Below, one piece after another: positions 13,826 to 24,899 of a stretch of 64,000 nucleotides of DNA. The notes below the pieces were generated by a model that was not told the origin of the DNA, ran no database searches, and saw only the letters and a program-made list of their open reading frames with translations. Position 1 is the first letter of the stretch. Each line of letters begins with the position of its first letter. The position numbers and the translations under genes are program-made. Source of the DNA: Octopus sinensis (lineage: Eukaryota); assembly GCF_006345805.1 (NCBI RefSeq), contig NC_043008.1, positions 78,554,001 through 78,618,000 of the forward strand. The letters run 5' to 3'.

Positions 13826-13842
13826 TATCATCATCATCATCA

Positions 13843-13916
<74 letters not shown>

Positions 13917-16900
13917 TAGTTTTATTTTTATAGCGTTCTTTCTCTTCACTACCGAGCGCAGCGCTGTGTGCCTTGGGTCTGTGCTGTGGTTTGCTGTGAT
14001 GCTCTTATGGTTACTGTATTGAAAGGGTTTTGCGTAGGATGTGTGCAGTGCCCAGTAGTGCAATTTTCTGTATGTTATATATATTTGCAAGTCCTGGTGT
14101 TTTTGTTATGTATTTGTCTGAATATTTTTTATCATACTTAATGCGCCTACTATGATAGGAATTGTTTTTGTTTTTAGATACCACATTCGAGTTACCTCTA
14201 TTTCCAGGTCTTTGTATTTTGAAAGTTTCTCCATTTCTTTTAGAGAAACGTTGTCATCTGCTGGTATTGATACATCAATTAGAAAGCATTGTTTTCTTCA
14301 TGATCTCTGACAACTATATCTAGCCTATTGGCCTTAATTTCTCTATCTGTGTGTATTGGCATATCCCAAAGTATGGTTGCTTTCTCGTTTTCTGTGACCT
14401 TTTCTAGTGTATGCCTATACCCTCTTTTTTCTGCTGTTATTCCATAGTGTTGGCGTAGCTTCCAGTGTATGTAGGTCCCAACTCAATCGTGTCTGTGCAT
14501 ATATTCCTTCTTAGCCAGGACTGGGCAGCCGGAGATAATATGATTTATTGTTTCTTGTCCATCTCCATATATTCTGCAGTTACTTGTTATATTTCTTTAC
14601 ATTATATTTTTTTGGTAATTTCTGGTGGGGAGGCTTTGGCCTTGTACAGCAATTAAAAATCCCTCTGTCTCTACTTTGAGTCCTGAGCTTCTCAACAATT
14701 GCTGGGATTTTTCTGTCTATTTCTTTTGCATTTATTTTGGCCTAGTATTTACCATGAAGGAGCTTTTCTTGCCATCGTTTTATCATGGTCCGTTGTTGTT
14801 CTAGTTTTGGATTTCATTTGTTTGGATTTCATTTGTTTTATAGCTATGTTGTTTCTTCTTCATATTTGTTAGGTAGTATGATTTCTTGTTTGTATTTGTC
14901 AGCTTCCTTAAATACTGAGAACAGTTTTTTTGTTTTGCTTGTGTTTTGGGGCTATTTGTATTAGTTTTCCTTGCTTCTGAAGTAGGTATTTTTGCAGTCC
15001 TGTGGTGGTTATTTTATAATAGTTTTCCAGCTGTATAAGGCCTCTACCACCTTCTATACGTTGTATATATAGCCTTTCTATGTCAGATTTTGGGTGGTGC
15101 ATCCTAGATCCTGACATTATTTTTCTTGTTTTCCTATCTATTTTCGTTAGTTCATTTAGTGTCCAGTTAAGGATATTGTAGCTGTAACTGATAACTGAGA
15201 CGGCTAACGTGTTAATACATATTATCTTGTTTTTAGCATTGAGCTCTGTTTTTAGTATTGATCTAACTCTCATCTATAGTATTCTTTCTTTATTTTCTTT
15301 TTCATTTGTGTGTGTTGTATCATATCTAGTTCATGGATTCCTAAATATTTGTATGTCTAGCTTAGGTCTAATTCTCTTATTTCATTGGCTTTATCTAGTG
15401 TGATGCTGCTACTCTTAACTAGTTTTCCTCTTTTCAGGGTTGCTTTAGCACATTTTTCTAATTCAAATTTCATATATATTTCTTTGGTAAATCCATGTAC
15501 TGTCTGTAGTAGTGTTTCCAGCTGTTTGTCATTTGTAGCGTATAGTTTTAAGTCATCCGTATATAAAAGGTAGCTGATTGTTTTGCCGTAACATTTGTAT
15601 CTGCATCCATTCTATTTAGCATGTCAAATAGAGGTGTCAGTGCCAAGCAGAAAAGGAATGTCTCCCTGGAACATTCCTCTTCTGATGGGGATGGCTTTGG
15701 TTTTCACGAGTCCCTCTTTTGTTTGGAGCTTTAGCACCGTCTGCCATTTATTCATAGAGTGTCTTATGTATTCTATAATTATTGGTACTATCTTTTCATG
15801 GCTTGTGTTTCGAGGATCCGCGTGTGGGGAATACTATCAAAAGCCTTTCGGTAGTCGATCCAGGCCATATTGAGGCCTTTCTTCTTTCTGTGGCTGTCTT
15901 CAGTAATGGCTTTATTGATCATTAGTTGATCTTTACAGCCGTATGAGCCCTTACAGCATCCCATCTGCTCTTCTGGAAACAGGTTGTTTTCTCCCAGATG
16001 CTTACTCAATCTTTGCGATATTACTGCAGTAAAGGCTTTGTACGTTGTAGGGAGACAGGTTATAGTTTTGTGCTTTCAGTGGATTTGGGAATTAGGATAG
16101 TTTACCCTTTGGTGAGCTATTCAGGCATTATCTCTGGCTCTGCTAGTATGTCGTTAACGTTTTCAGCCAGCTTTTTGTGTATTCCTGTCAGATATTTTAA
16201 CCAGAAGTTGGGGATCTTGTCGTGCCCAGGTGCCTTCCAGTTGCTTAGTCTTTGCAGTGCCTTGGTGACCTCTTCAGTTGTTATAGGGGTCCAGAGTTGC
16301 TCAGCTGCTAAGTTCGTTGCTTTAATAGTCCTTTTCTGTGGTTGTTCCTTCATCGACCATATTTCTTTCCAAAATTCTTCCACTTCTTCTGCTGTTGGTG
16401 CAGCAGTGATGTCTATTTTATTTTCGCCAAGTTCTTGGTAGAACTTTTGGGGGTTGGAGTTGAATTGTTTGTTTTGTCCAATGAAACGTTGGCGTTTCTC
16501 ATACCAGCGGATCCTTTGTGTTTTGGCAAGGATATCTTGCTTTAGCTTTTCTTTTACCTCAAGTAATTTTTTTTTCTGTAATGTAGAGGTTAGCACAGTA
16601 TTGTTTTTTCTTGTTACTTAGTAGTGTTGATTGCCTACTAATTTCGTTAAGAATCGACAGATCTTTTCTCTTTTTCTTTTTTTTTTTTGATATTATTTAT
16701 CCACAGGGTTTATTTGGGTGGTGGTACTACTGTTTGGATGGGTTTGAGGGAGTATCCAGCTTCTTTTGTAGCTGCAGTGGCTGCTGCATATATTATGTCA
16801 TTTAGCTCAGTGATATTGCTATTTGTTTCTGTGACTATTTGTTCCGTGACGGCCAGGTTTATGCTATTTATTATTGACTAGCAGCATAGCCCGGCGTTGC

Positions 16901-17350
16901 CCGAGTATGTAAGAAACTTTGTCGATAAGCAATGCCCTTTACCTTTTTTGTACTCATTGAACCGTTATTTTGTAAAATGAAGCCTAAAATTCATTAAGGC
17001 ATTCAAGGCACCGTTCCCTTGCATGCATGAAGAAAATCTATGACAGTCAAAGTGCATTTTCTGGTTTTGTTTAGCACACCCAACCCAGTTCTGCGGGATC
17101 AGTGTCGCGACGGGAACGCATGGGTTGGGAGTTTGACCGGCAGAGGTGATAAGGTTGCACATGCCGGCCCTTTTGACACCGCCCCTCCCCCGAACCCAAG
17201 TTGGTTTGGACAACAGCTAAGCCCTACCTAATCCTAACTTAAGTCTAGCGAAAGGGGGCTCGGGAGCCTCTAGTAGGCAACGACTAATCCCGATCTTGTC
17301 TTTTCCCTCTAGGGAACGAAGGCGCATGTGTAGGTTGCAACGTCTTCTCT

Positions 17351-18346
17351 TCACTCCAATACTTCTGTGTATACGACGTTCCTAGCTGTCCCTTTGGGCG
17401 AAAACATGAAAACATCATTGCGCCTCCCAACGCGTGAACAGCCCACAATTGTCATTGACCCTATCTTGATGTCGTCACACAAGGAGAAGTTAATTATGGC
17501 GTCGTAGTTGAATGCTAGTGACGACCAGAAAGCGGGAGCAGGGGTACGTACACCACGAATGATATCCAAACGTTGGTTGATACTCTCAAGTCGAGTGCGC
17601 CGTGCTTCTGCAGATTGAGATGCGCGTGCGACAGCGGTAACAGTGGCATCCCTTGAAAGCCTTTCAGCTCTCGCCTCAGCACTCTCTGAAGCCCTAGCAG
17701 AAGCAGTGTTAATGGCATCTCTGGATGTCCGAATAGTTCGTTGGTCTGGAGTTTCGGCACATCGAGCCATGGCTGTGTTTGCGGCGTTAGCAGCTTGGCG
17801 AGCTCTCCTCTGTTATGGTGTTTCGGCAGATCAGGCCATGGCTGTGTTTGCGGCATCAGCAGCTTGGCAAGCTCTCTTCTGTTGAGGTGTTTCGGCAGAT
17901 CGAGCCGTAGCTGTGTTTGCGGCGTCAGCAGCTTGGCGAGCTCTCTTCTGTTGAGGTGTTTCAGCAGATCGGGCCATGGCTGTGTTTGCGGCATCAGCAG
18001 CTTGGCGAGTTCTCCTCTGTTGTGGGGTTTCGACAGATCGTGTCCTGGCGGTGCTAGCGGCGTTAGCCGCATTCCGAATGGCCCTATGTTCGGGGTTCTC
18101 GCGAGCTCTGCGGATGGAAGCACAGGAAGAAGCCCGCATGTTTTGGCTGGACTGTTGCTCTTTCGTCAACCTCGAGCGAAGGGAAGATCTGTACGCTGCG
18201 GCCCTTGCAAGTCGGGCAGAACGGGAAACTTTTTGCGAGAGGCGCAAGGCGGTTTCCTCGTGGGTCTCGCGTGCCCTTCTAGCCCTAGCAGCCGATGCTT
18301 TGGCCGTCCGAGGGCTGAGGAGGGTCCTTCTCTTCTTGGGTGGCAT
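17351..18346 (-). pseudogene. Helitron RepHel N-terminus fused in frame to the helicase C-terminal tail
   Basis: MPPKKRR..., R/A/E-rich repeats, AFNYD...IKIGSM (RepHel N-terminus), then directly CSRVG...FMFSPKGTARNVVYTEVLE* (Pif1-like C-terminus). Two in-frame stops (TGA, TAA) fall in one repeat unit. Confidence 0.8.
17766..18075 (-). repeat. 69-bp coding minisatellite, about 4.5 copies (23-aa unit ETPQQKRARQAADAANTAMARSA)
   Basis: Unit starts at 17766, 17835, 17904 and 17973 (period 69). Confidence 0.92.
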
Positions 18347-20340
18347 TTTGGTGGATAGCAATGTGTTTGGCAAAGGTGTAATAAAAAGGAACACGTGGGG
18401 TAAGTATCCCAAAATGTATAAAAATGTACAAAAACGGAAAAAAAGTGACCAAACTGAACAAACGAATGGAAAAGGTTTTTTGGTGCACACGACAAAAGTG
18501 GCTTATAATAAACCAAGAGTTTGCAAGTAGCGTCCGAGGACCCTTAGGGTACGTCAAAAATTTAAGGTAAAACGTTTGGGGTGGTAGTTATAAAGAAAGT
18601 TTAAACAAAAAAAGTATTCGAATAACTTGCGGTTGCAGCAGCGATTAACAGAAGTAGGCCAACGTGTGAAGCGCGCGGGTATGAACCGAGAGAAGAAGTA
18701 GGAGTCACAAACTCTACGCACACAACTGAGTGTGTCAGCGCATGTGATTGGCCAAAGGGTGTTTAATTGAGAGCATTGTTCACCGTTTGGGGAGCCAATG
18801 GTAAGAGCTGCAATCATCGTGTCAAGGACACGCGCGCACGTGCGCACACAACCGCAAACACATCTACAGCCCAACATTGCTCGGATTTGAAGCAAAAGGA
18901 AAACATATGCCATTTCCAGTAACCTTTATGATAAAAGCGGCAAAAATCGACTAAATCGCCTGAAATCCGCCAACTATTTAACAAAAGTCAGTTTTGTAGG
19001 GTTCGCATGGTCGGTCTCAAAGTGATATGGTTTTGTCGATTTCTCCCAATACTTGTTAACTGCATTGACAAAAGGTTGTTAGTTTGACATTTAATGCAAA
19101 CTTGATGTCCAACATCGGTGTAGGGAAAATCTATGTAAACTTTCAAAAAATATCGCAGAAAAATCTGTTTGCTATGTGTGCCACATATGATGTAATTAAC
19201 CGATTTTTTCCAGTAATAAAGTATCCTATTGGAATCAAAAGGGCCATATAGCTCCTTGGAGCAGACATGATGCTCGCTGTGAATTTCAAAACAAATTCCT
19301 GCCAATTTGTTAAAGATATTGTCGAAAATATGTCATCTTGAATTTGAACGCGATTTCCCCAAATGGCATGATTTTATCGATTTTTTCTGATGGTAAGGTA
19401 TTGCATGGAAAACTAACGTCAGAATTAAGTTCCTTAGGGTAACATTAAGCTTCACCATGAGTTTGGTGAAAATCGATTGCAAGTTGCGAAAACTACAATG
19501 GAAAATGTGTTGCATATGATAAGCTTAGATTCTCGATCCCATGTCGAATTTATGAATTATTTTCAAACCTGGGGGTACTTTTCAAAATTTTCGCTGCGTT
19601 AGTTTTGAATTATGACATTGGACTATGTGTGTGTCAAGTTTCATCAGAATCGGTTGAAAGCCGTGGTCAGGGTGAGGGTACAACCTGACAGACACACAGA
19701 CAGACAAACTGCCTTTTATATATAGAGAGATGTTTTAGTGTCTATTTTTTATTTTGAGGAGGTATAGTCGGTGGTCCATTATGAGATCTGTGGTTTTCAG
19801 TTCTTTGATTATTCTCATTCTTATAGTATCATAATCATTAGGTTCCCCTTCGTTGTCTCCATGTTTTAGATTTGTTTCGCCTTCCTTCTCATTCATATGT
19901 TTGTCTGTGGTGTTCTAGATTGGTGCCTTTTGTACATTATTATACATCCCTACGGTCTGGGTGTGTTGTCTTTTGTTGTTTACTTCGTTTTTGTTGGAAA
20001 TGTTACGTCTGTCTTCGTGTTTTACTATTATTTGGCATTGTTGTGTGGCTACTATCTACATTATCCTGGTGTATTTTTCCTTTTAAATGTTCAATTTCTA
20101 TTTCTGATATTTTTTCTTTGGGAATATATATTCGTATGTTAGCTAGTTTATTAGGATTCATTGCTGTATCCAAGTCCTTATTTAGGTTATTTTATATTTA
20201 TATTTTATATTTAGGTTATTTTATATGTATATGTTGTGGTGTTTTCGTTTTTGGAGTAGAGCACTGCTGTAAAGTAAGCGTGTAGGATTGAAAGTAAAGT
20301 AAAGTAAGCGTGTAGGATTGAAATATATTCCTCACGTGTC

Positions 20341-21397
20341 TACGAGGGGCGTTCAACGCATAACTATTCGCCAAATAGCCCATGAGGTCAAGATTAGTAC
20401 CGGGTCTGTGGAAACTATCATTCGTGACCATTTGCATATGCAAAAGGTGTCTGTCAGATGGATTCCCAGGTTGCTCACACCTTTCCAGCAGCAAGAACGC
20501 GTCGAGTGCTCGAGGATGAATTTGGAGATGTGCCAAGAAGATGAGTCAAAATTTTTTAAAAGACTGATAACACAGGATGAAACCTGGGTCCATCACTATG
20601 ATCCAGTGGAAGCACCGTGACTCACCTCCTCCAAAGAAGGCAAGGGTGCAGCCCTCCGCTGGCAAGGTCATGCTCACAGTCTTCTGGGACCAGGACGGAG
20701 TAGTGATAACAGATTTCCTGGCAAAGGGTACCACAATTACAGGAGCCTATTATGCTTCACTTTTGAGGAAATTAAGATAAGCTATCAAAATCAAGAGGCG
20801 GGGCAAGATCAGCAAAGGCATCCTCCTCCTGCAGGACAACGCTCCGGTCCACAACTCGCGTGTCGCCAGATCAGAAGCACAGGCGTATGGCTATGAACTC
20901 CTCCCCCATCTATTTATATTTCTTACGCCTAGGGTTCAATTCTAGTGATTGAGAGAATTATTTGGAAATAATATAGACCCAGCAGGAGTACGCGTGGAGT
21001 TCGATGACTTGCCGCCAGTGATAGATTATGAGGACCTAATACCGTACATAAAATGGGGAAAAAAGAGGGGAAAAAGGAAGCAAATTGTTCGAAATTTAAT
21101 GACTATAAAACTGACCTTGCACCCTCTGGTTTTCACCTCTTCCCAGCCATGAAGTTGTTTTTGAAAGGAAAACATTTCCCAGATGATGCAGCTTTGATTT
21201 CTGAAGTCACGTCGTGGTTGGAGGACCAAGCTGGGGTCTTCTACAAAAACGGTCTCCGGAGCTGCATCAAACGATGGGAGAAATGCGTAATTCTGGGTGG
21301 TTCCTAAGTAGAAAAAGACTAATAACTGTGCCAAGTTTCGTTGCTCTACTGCTATGGGAAGTGGGTCAGGGGCATTACTTATTGAACGCCCCTCGTA
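20341..21397 (+). mobile_element. Mariner copy A, internally deleted, with ~200-bp filler
   Basis: TA-CGAGGGGCGTTCAA left end and TTATTGAACGCCCCTCG-TA right end; ITQDETWVHHYDP and LAPSGFHLFP motifs. Confidence 0.93.
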
Positions 21398-21915
21398 TTT
21401 ATGCCTTTTTGGTTTTATTTGCGGGACATGAGGAACAACGTCCGGCCCTTTATTTTGACGGTCATCATTTTCGTAGGGTACCGGTCCGTTCATTTCTGTT
21501 GTTAAATTGTTTTGCACGTGTAGTTTTTCTTACTTTTTGTGTAACAAGTTTAAAGTACGCACTTCCCGATTGTTATTCTTGTGTTGAATAATACCGGTAT
21601 TATTTAATTTTTTTGTAATTTTTTTGTACATGGTGTTTGGGGCCGGAGATGGTCTAGTGTTGGTGGATCGTAATGTATCAAGCATGTTTACATGCGCTGT
21701 GTGAGCAGTGGAGATGATATCCAGTTAAAAATACATCATTTCATTTGGAAAATAGAAATAAATTTCAATGAGTATTACTTACTCGGATATAGTCCAAACC
21801 ATTGTCAATTATTTTTTTTGCCTCCATGCGATGTCTTTATTTCCGATGATTTTGGATAAATTTCCGAGCAGTGTTTTATCGCTCTCACATGTTAAACGTC
21901 CCCGGTGTCTTCTAT

Positions 21916-21950
<35 letters not shown>

Positions 21951-22399
21951 TCATTTTACTTCTCTGAGCGCTCTATCTTGTTTGCTCTGGTACATTCTGT
22001 GAAAGCGGACAGCAGCCTGCTGACAGAGGTCTCACAGGGTCTCTTTCCGCACATTATAAACTTTGGCAATTGGTTATTAATTATCATGGGAGACATTCAA
22101 CATCAAAGTACCAAACTTTTATGTCCTTGTATGTTGGATATATAACATAAAGAAGTAGAGAGGAATGAAAGAATTTACACGATGCACTACTATTACTATT
22201 ACACGAGACTCAACGCTCTCTATCAAAGGTTCACAATGAACTGCTCCCCAACCCGGACTGTCAATCGCTCCCAGTTATTTTTTATATAACTATGAGTTAG
22301 TCCACCTTTAGTCACTCGGTGGAGGGAGGGACGGAATCCTTCCACATCTCCCATTTTTAGAATCAGTCTCCCTTCACTTCTCCCCTTTTGAGAATTGAA

Positions 22400-23125
22400 C
22401 TCCGCTCAGAGTCTTTATATTTCTTACGCCTAGAATACCGTACATAAAATGGTGAAAAAAGAGGGAAAAAAGGAAGCAAATTGTTCGGAATTTAATGACT
22501 ATAAAACTGATACAAAAAAGGAAAAAGGAGAAAAAAGATAAAATCATTTAACTAAAACATTTAAAATGATACTGCTTGCGAGTGGGGAGTATGCAGCCAT
22601 TTCACCTCCATTATTATAATCCATCCTTCATTCGTTCGTTCTATGTTTTATATCCCCCACAGTAGTGTCATGTCTGTCCTTTCGCTATCCCCTCTTGTTT
22701 TGCCGTAGTACCAAAACAAAGAATAATAGCGTTGCTACGCATTTTTTTCGAGTTAACCATTGTTTGATCCTTTTTAGACGTAAGTCATATTGTTATTAAT
22801 TGTTAAAGGTTTCCTCCAAGGGCGAACCTATTGTTTAACCTCACTGTTGAAGTTTTGAATTGTTAGTTGCTGCTTTTTTTTGTTGTTGTTGTTTGTTTTG
22901 TTTTTTTGCTGTATTTGTAATTGTTTTCTTCCCCATTTATGGGTGAAGTAGTGAAAAAAGGAAAGATAGAAAGCGAACCAGTTCCAGCCGGCAGCTATGC
23001 TGCAGCAACTGGAAGAAGTTTAATTGCAGACGTACTACAGGTTCGAGAGGTGAAAATGGAGAAAAAGAAGCTAAAGGAATTTAACAGACTGATTGAGAAG
23101 GAGGGAACCAGATTGTGTTGACCCC
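22400..23125 (+). mobile_element. Probable decayed LINE ORF1 (Tx1/L1-like) fragments
   Basis: PAGSYAAATGRS motif. The related filler in mariner A reads VRVEFDDLPPVIDYEDLIPYIKWGK, resembling ORF1 RRM-like segments. Lies upstream of and co-oriented with the Tx1 ORF2 at 24.9 kb. Confidence 0.35.
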
Positions 23126-23261
23126 GCCACAAGACTTGACAGCAGTTCACTTTGAGCTTTTAATATAGAGTGTGGAGTCTCGTGAGATAGTAATGGTAGT
23201 GCGTCATGTATATACTTTCTTCCCTACCGCTTCGTTATATTATATATCCAATACAAGGATA

Positions 23262-24526
23262 TGCGATGGGCGTTCAATAAGTAATGCCCCTGGCCCCATA
23301 TTTCTTACGAAACTTGGCACAGTTATTAGTCTTTCTCTACATAGGAACCACCCAGAGTTACGCATTTCTCCCATCGTTTGATGCAGCTCTGGAGACCGTT
23401 TTTGTAGAAGACACCAGCTTGGTCCTCCAACCACGACGTGACTTCAGAAATCAAGGCTGTATCATCTGGGAAACGCTTTCCTTTCAAAAACAACTTCATG
23501 GCTGGGAAGAGGTGAAAATCAGAGGGTGCAAGGTCAGGAGAGTAGGGGAGTGGGGAGAAGTTCATAGACGCACGCCTGTGCTTCTGATCTGGCGACAAGC
23601 GAGTTGTGGACCGGAGCGTTGTCCTGCAGGAGGAGGGTGCCTTTGCTGATCTTGCCCCGCCACTTGATTTTGATAGCTTCTCTTAATTTCCTCAAAAGTA
23701 AAGCATAATAGGCTCCTGTAATTGTGGTACCCTTTGCCAGGAAATCTGTTATCACTACTCCGTCCTGGTCCCAGAAGACTGTGTGCATGACCTTGCCAGC
23801 GGAGGGCTGCACCCTTGCCTTCTTTGGAGGAGGTGAGTCACGGTGCTTCCACTGCATTGACTGGGCTTTGGTCTCTGGATCATAGTGATGGACCCAGGTT
23901 TCATCCTGTGTAATCAGTCTTTTGAAAAATTTTGACTCATCTTCTTGGCACATCTCCAAATTCATCTTCGAGCATTCGACGCGTTCTTGCTTCTGGAAAG
24001 GTGTGAGCAACCTGGGAATCCATCTGGCAGACACCTTTTCCATATGCAAATGGTCATGAATGATAGTTTCCACAGACCCGGTACTAATCTTGACCTCATG
24101 GGCTATTTGGCGAATAGTTATGCGTCGATCTTCCAAAATGGCAGTCTCATCTTGACGGACAGATGCCTCATCAATGGGGGCGACCAGATCTGGGAGCTGT
24201 TTCCACAGAGTTCCGACCATGTTTGAATTCATGATGCCAGCGTTTTACAAGGTCATATGATGGGGCATCATTACTATAAGTTACTTTCATTTCATCAAAA
24301 GTCTCCCGTGGTGTGCATCTTTTCAAATGCAAAAACCGGATGACTGCTCGACACTCAACAGGCTCCATTTCACACTTGACTCAGTTCAAACACCTGTAAA
24401 TCAGAAACCACAATTAGTTCAGAGCTGTAATTTGCCACTTAATCTATAGAGATATGAATAATTGCACATGCTAGATCAAACAACTGCAAGTGGGTCAGGG
24501 ACATTGCTTATTGAACGTCCCTCGTA
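23262..24526 (-). mobile_element. Mariner copy B, full length (~1.27 kb), frameshifted
   Basis: Both TIRs present; MEPVECRAVIRFL... N-terminus, ITQDETWVHHYDPETKAQSMQW, LLQDNAP, YSPDLAPSDFHLF. Same family as copy A. Confidence 0.95.
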
Positions 24527-24899
24527 AAACAACCACAAGCCAATTTACACTCACAACTTTCAGGCCACATATCTCAACACCAGCAAAAGTCAAACATTTT
24601 GAACTAAACACTAATAGACTAGACACCCATAATAAAAAGCACTAATGAATCACATATATAACCATACAGACATCACACACACCAACTTTATCCCACCGAA
24701 AAACAACACTCCAACACACATTGAAGTCGTACAAATATCATAACACAGATATAACATCATCAAGACAAAATATCCTGAAGGAGTAGGAGCTTTCCAGAAA
24801 GACTTACATAGACGAATACATAAAGAACTGCTCGTGGAAACATCCATATATGGGGACGGAACATGAATTCCCTCCTCGCTAACTAAATCACAGTAAGTA

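Larger units (their letters stand above)
16878..19730 (-). mobile_element. Internally deleted non-autonomous Helitron with intact termini
   Basis: Minus strand starts TCTCTCTATATATAAAAGG at 19730 and ends ...CGGGCAACGCCGGGCTATGCTGCTAG at 16878. It sits between A and T, and the flanks rejoin as LINE sequence. Confidence 0.92.
13915..20265 (-). mobile_element. R4/Dong-clade LINE (RT + restriction-like endonuclease), interrupted by a Helitron
   Basis: RT (AWIDYRKAFDSIPH; RGIFQGD; LLYTDDLKLY), ERLYIQRIEGGRGL, RLE (ILWDMPIHTDREIKANRLDIVV...FLIDVSIP...KYKDLEIEV). The 3' end abuts (TAA)n at about 13840-13912. Confidence 0.9.

Noticed and set aside
17805-17835. In-frame TGA as selenocysteine or readthrough
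   Set aside because: A TAA follows five codons later, and both are simple C-to-T changes from CGA and CAA in sister repeats.
17766-18075. CRISPR-like array
   Set aside because: The units are contiguous coding repeats without unique spacers, in a eukaryotic context.
17515-18530. Long alternative-frame and antisense ORFs over the GC-rich repeat
   Set aside because: Shadow ORFs of the 69-bp repeat; only one frame carries RepHel motifs.
19635-19655. CTGATGA on the minus strand as a hammerhead
   Set aside because: It is followed directly by AAC with no stem II or second core strand; it is part of the Helitron 5' subterminal sequence.
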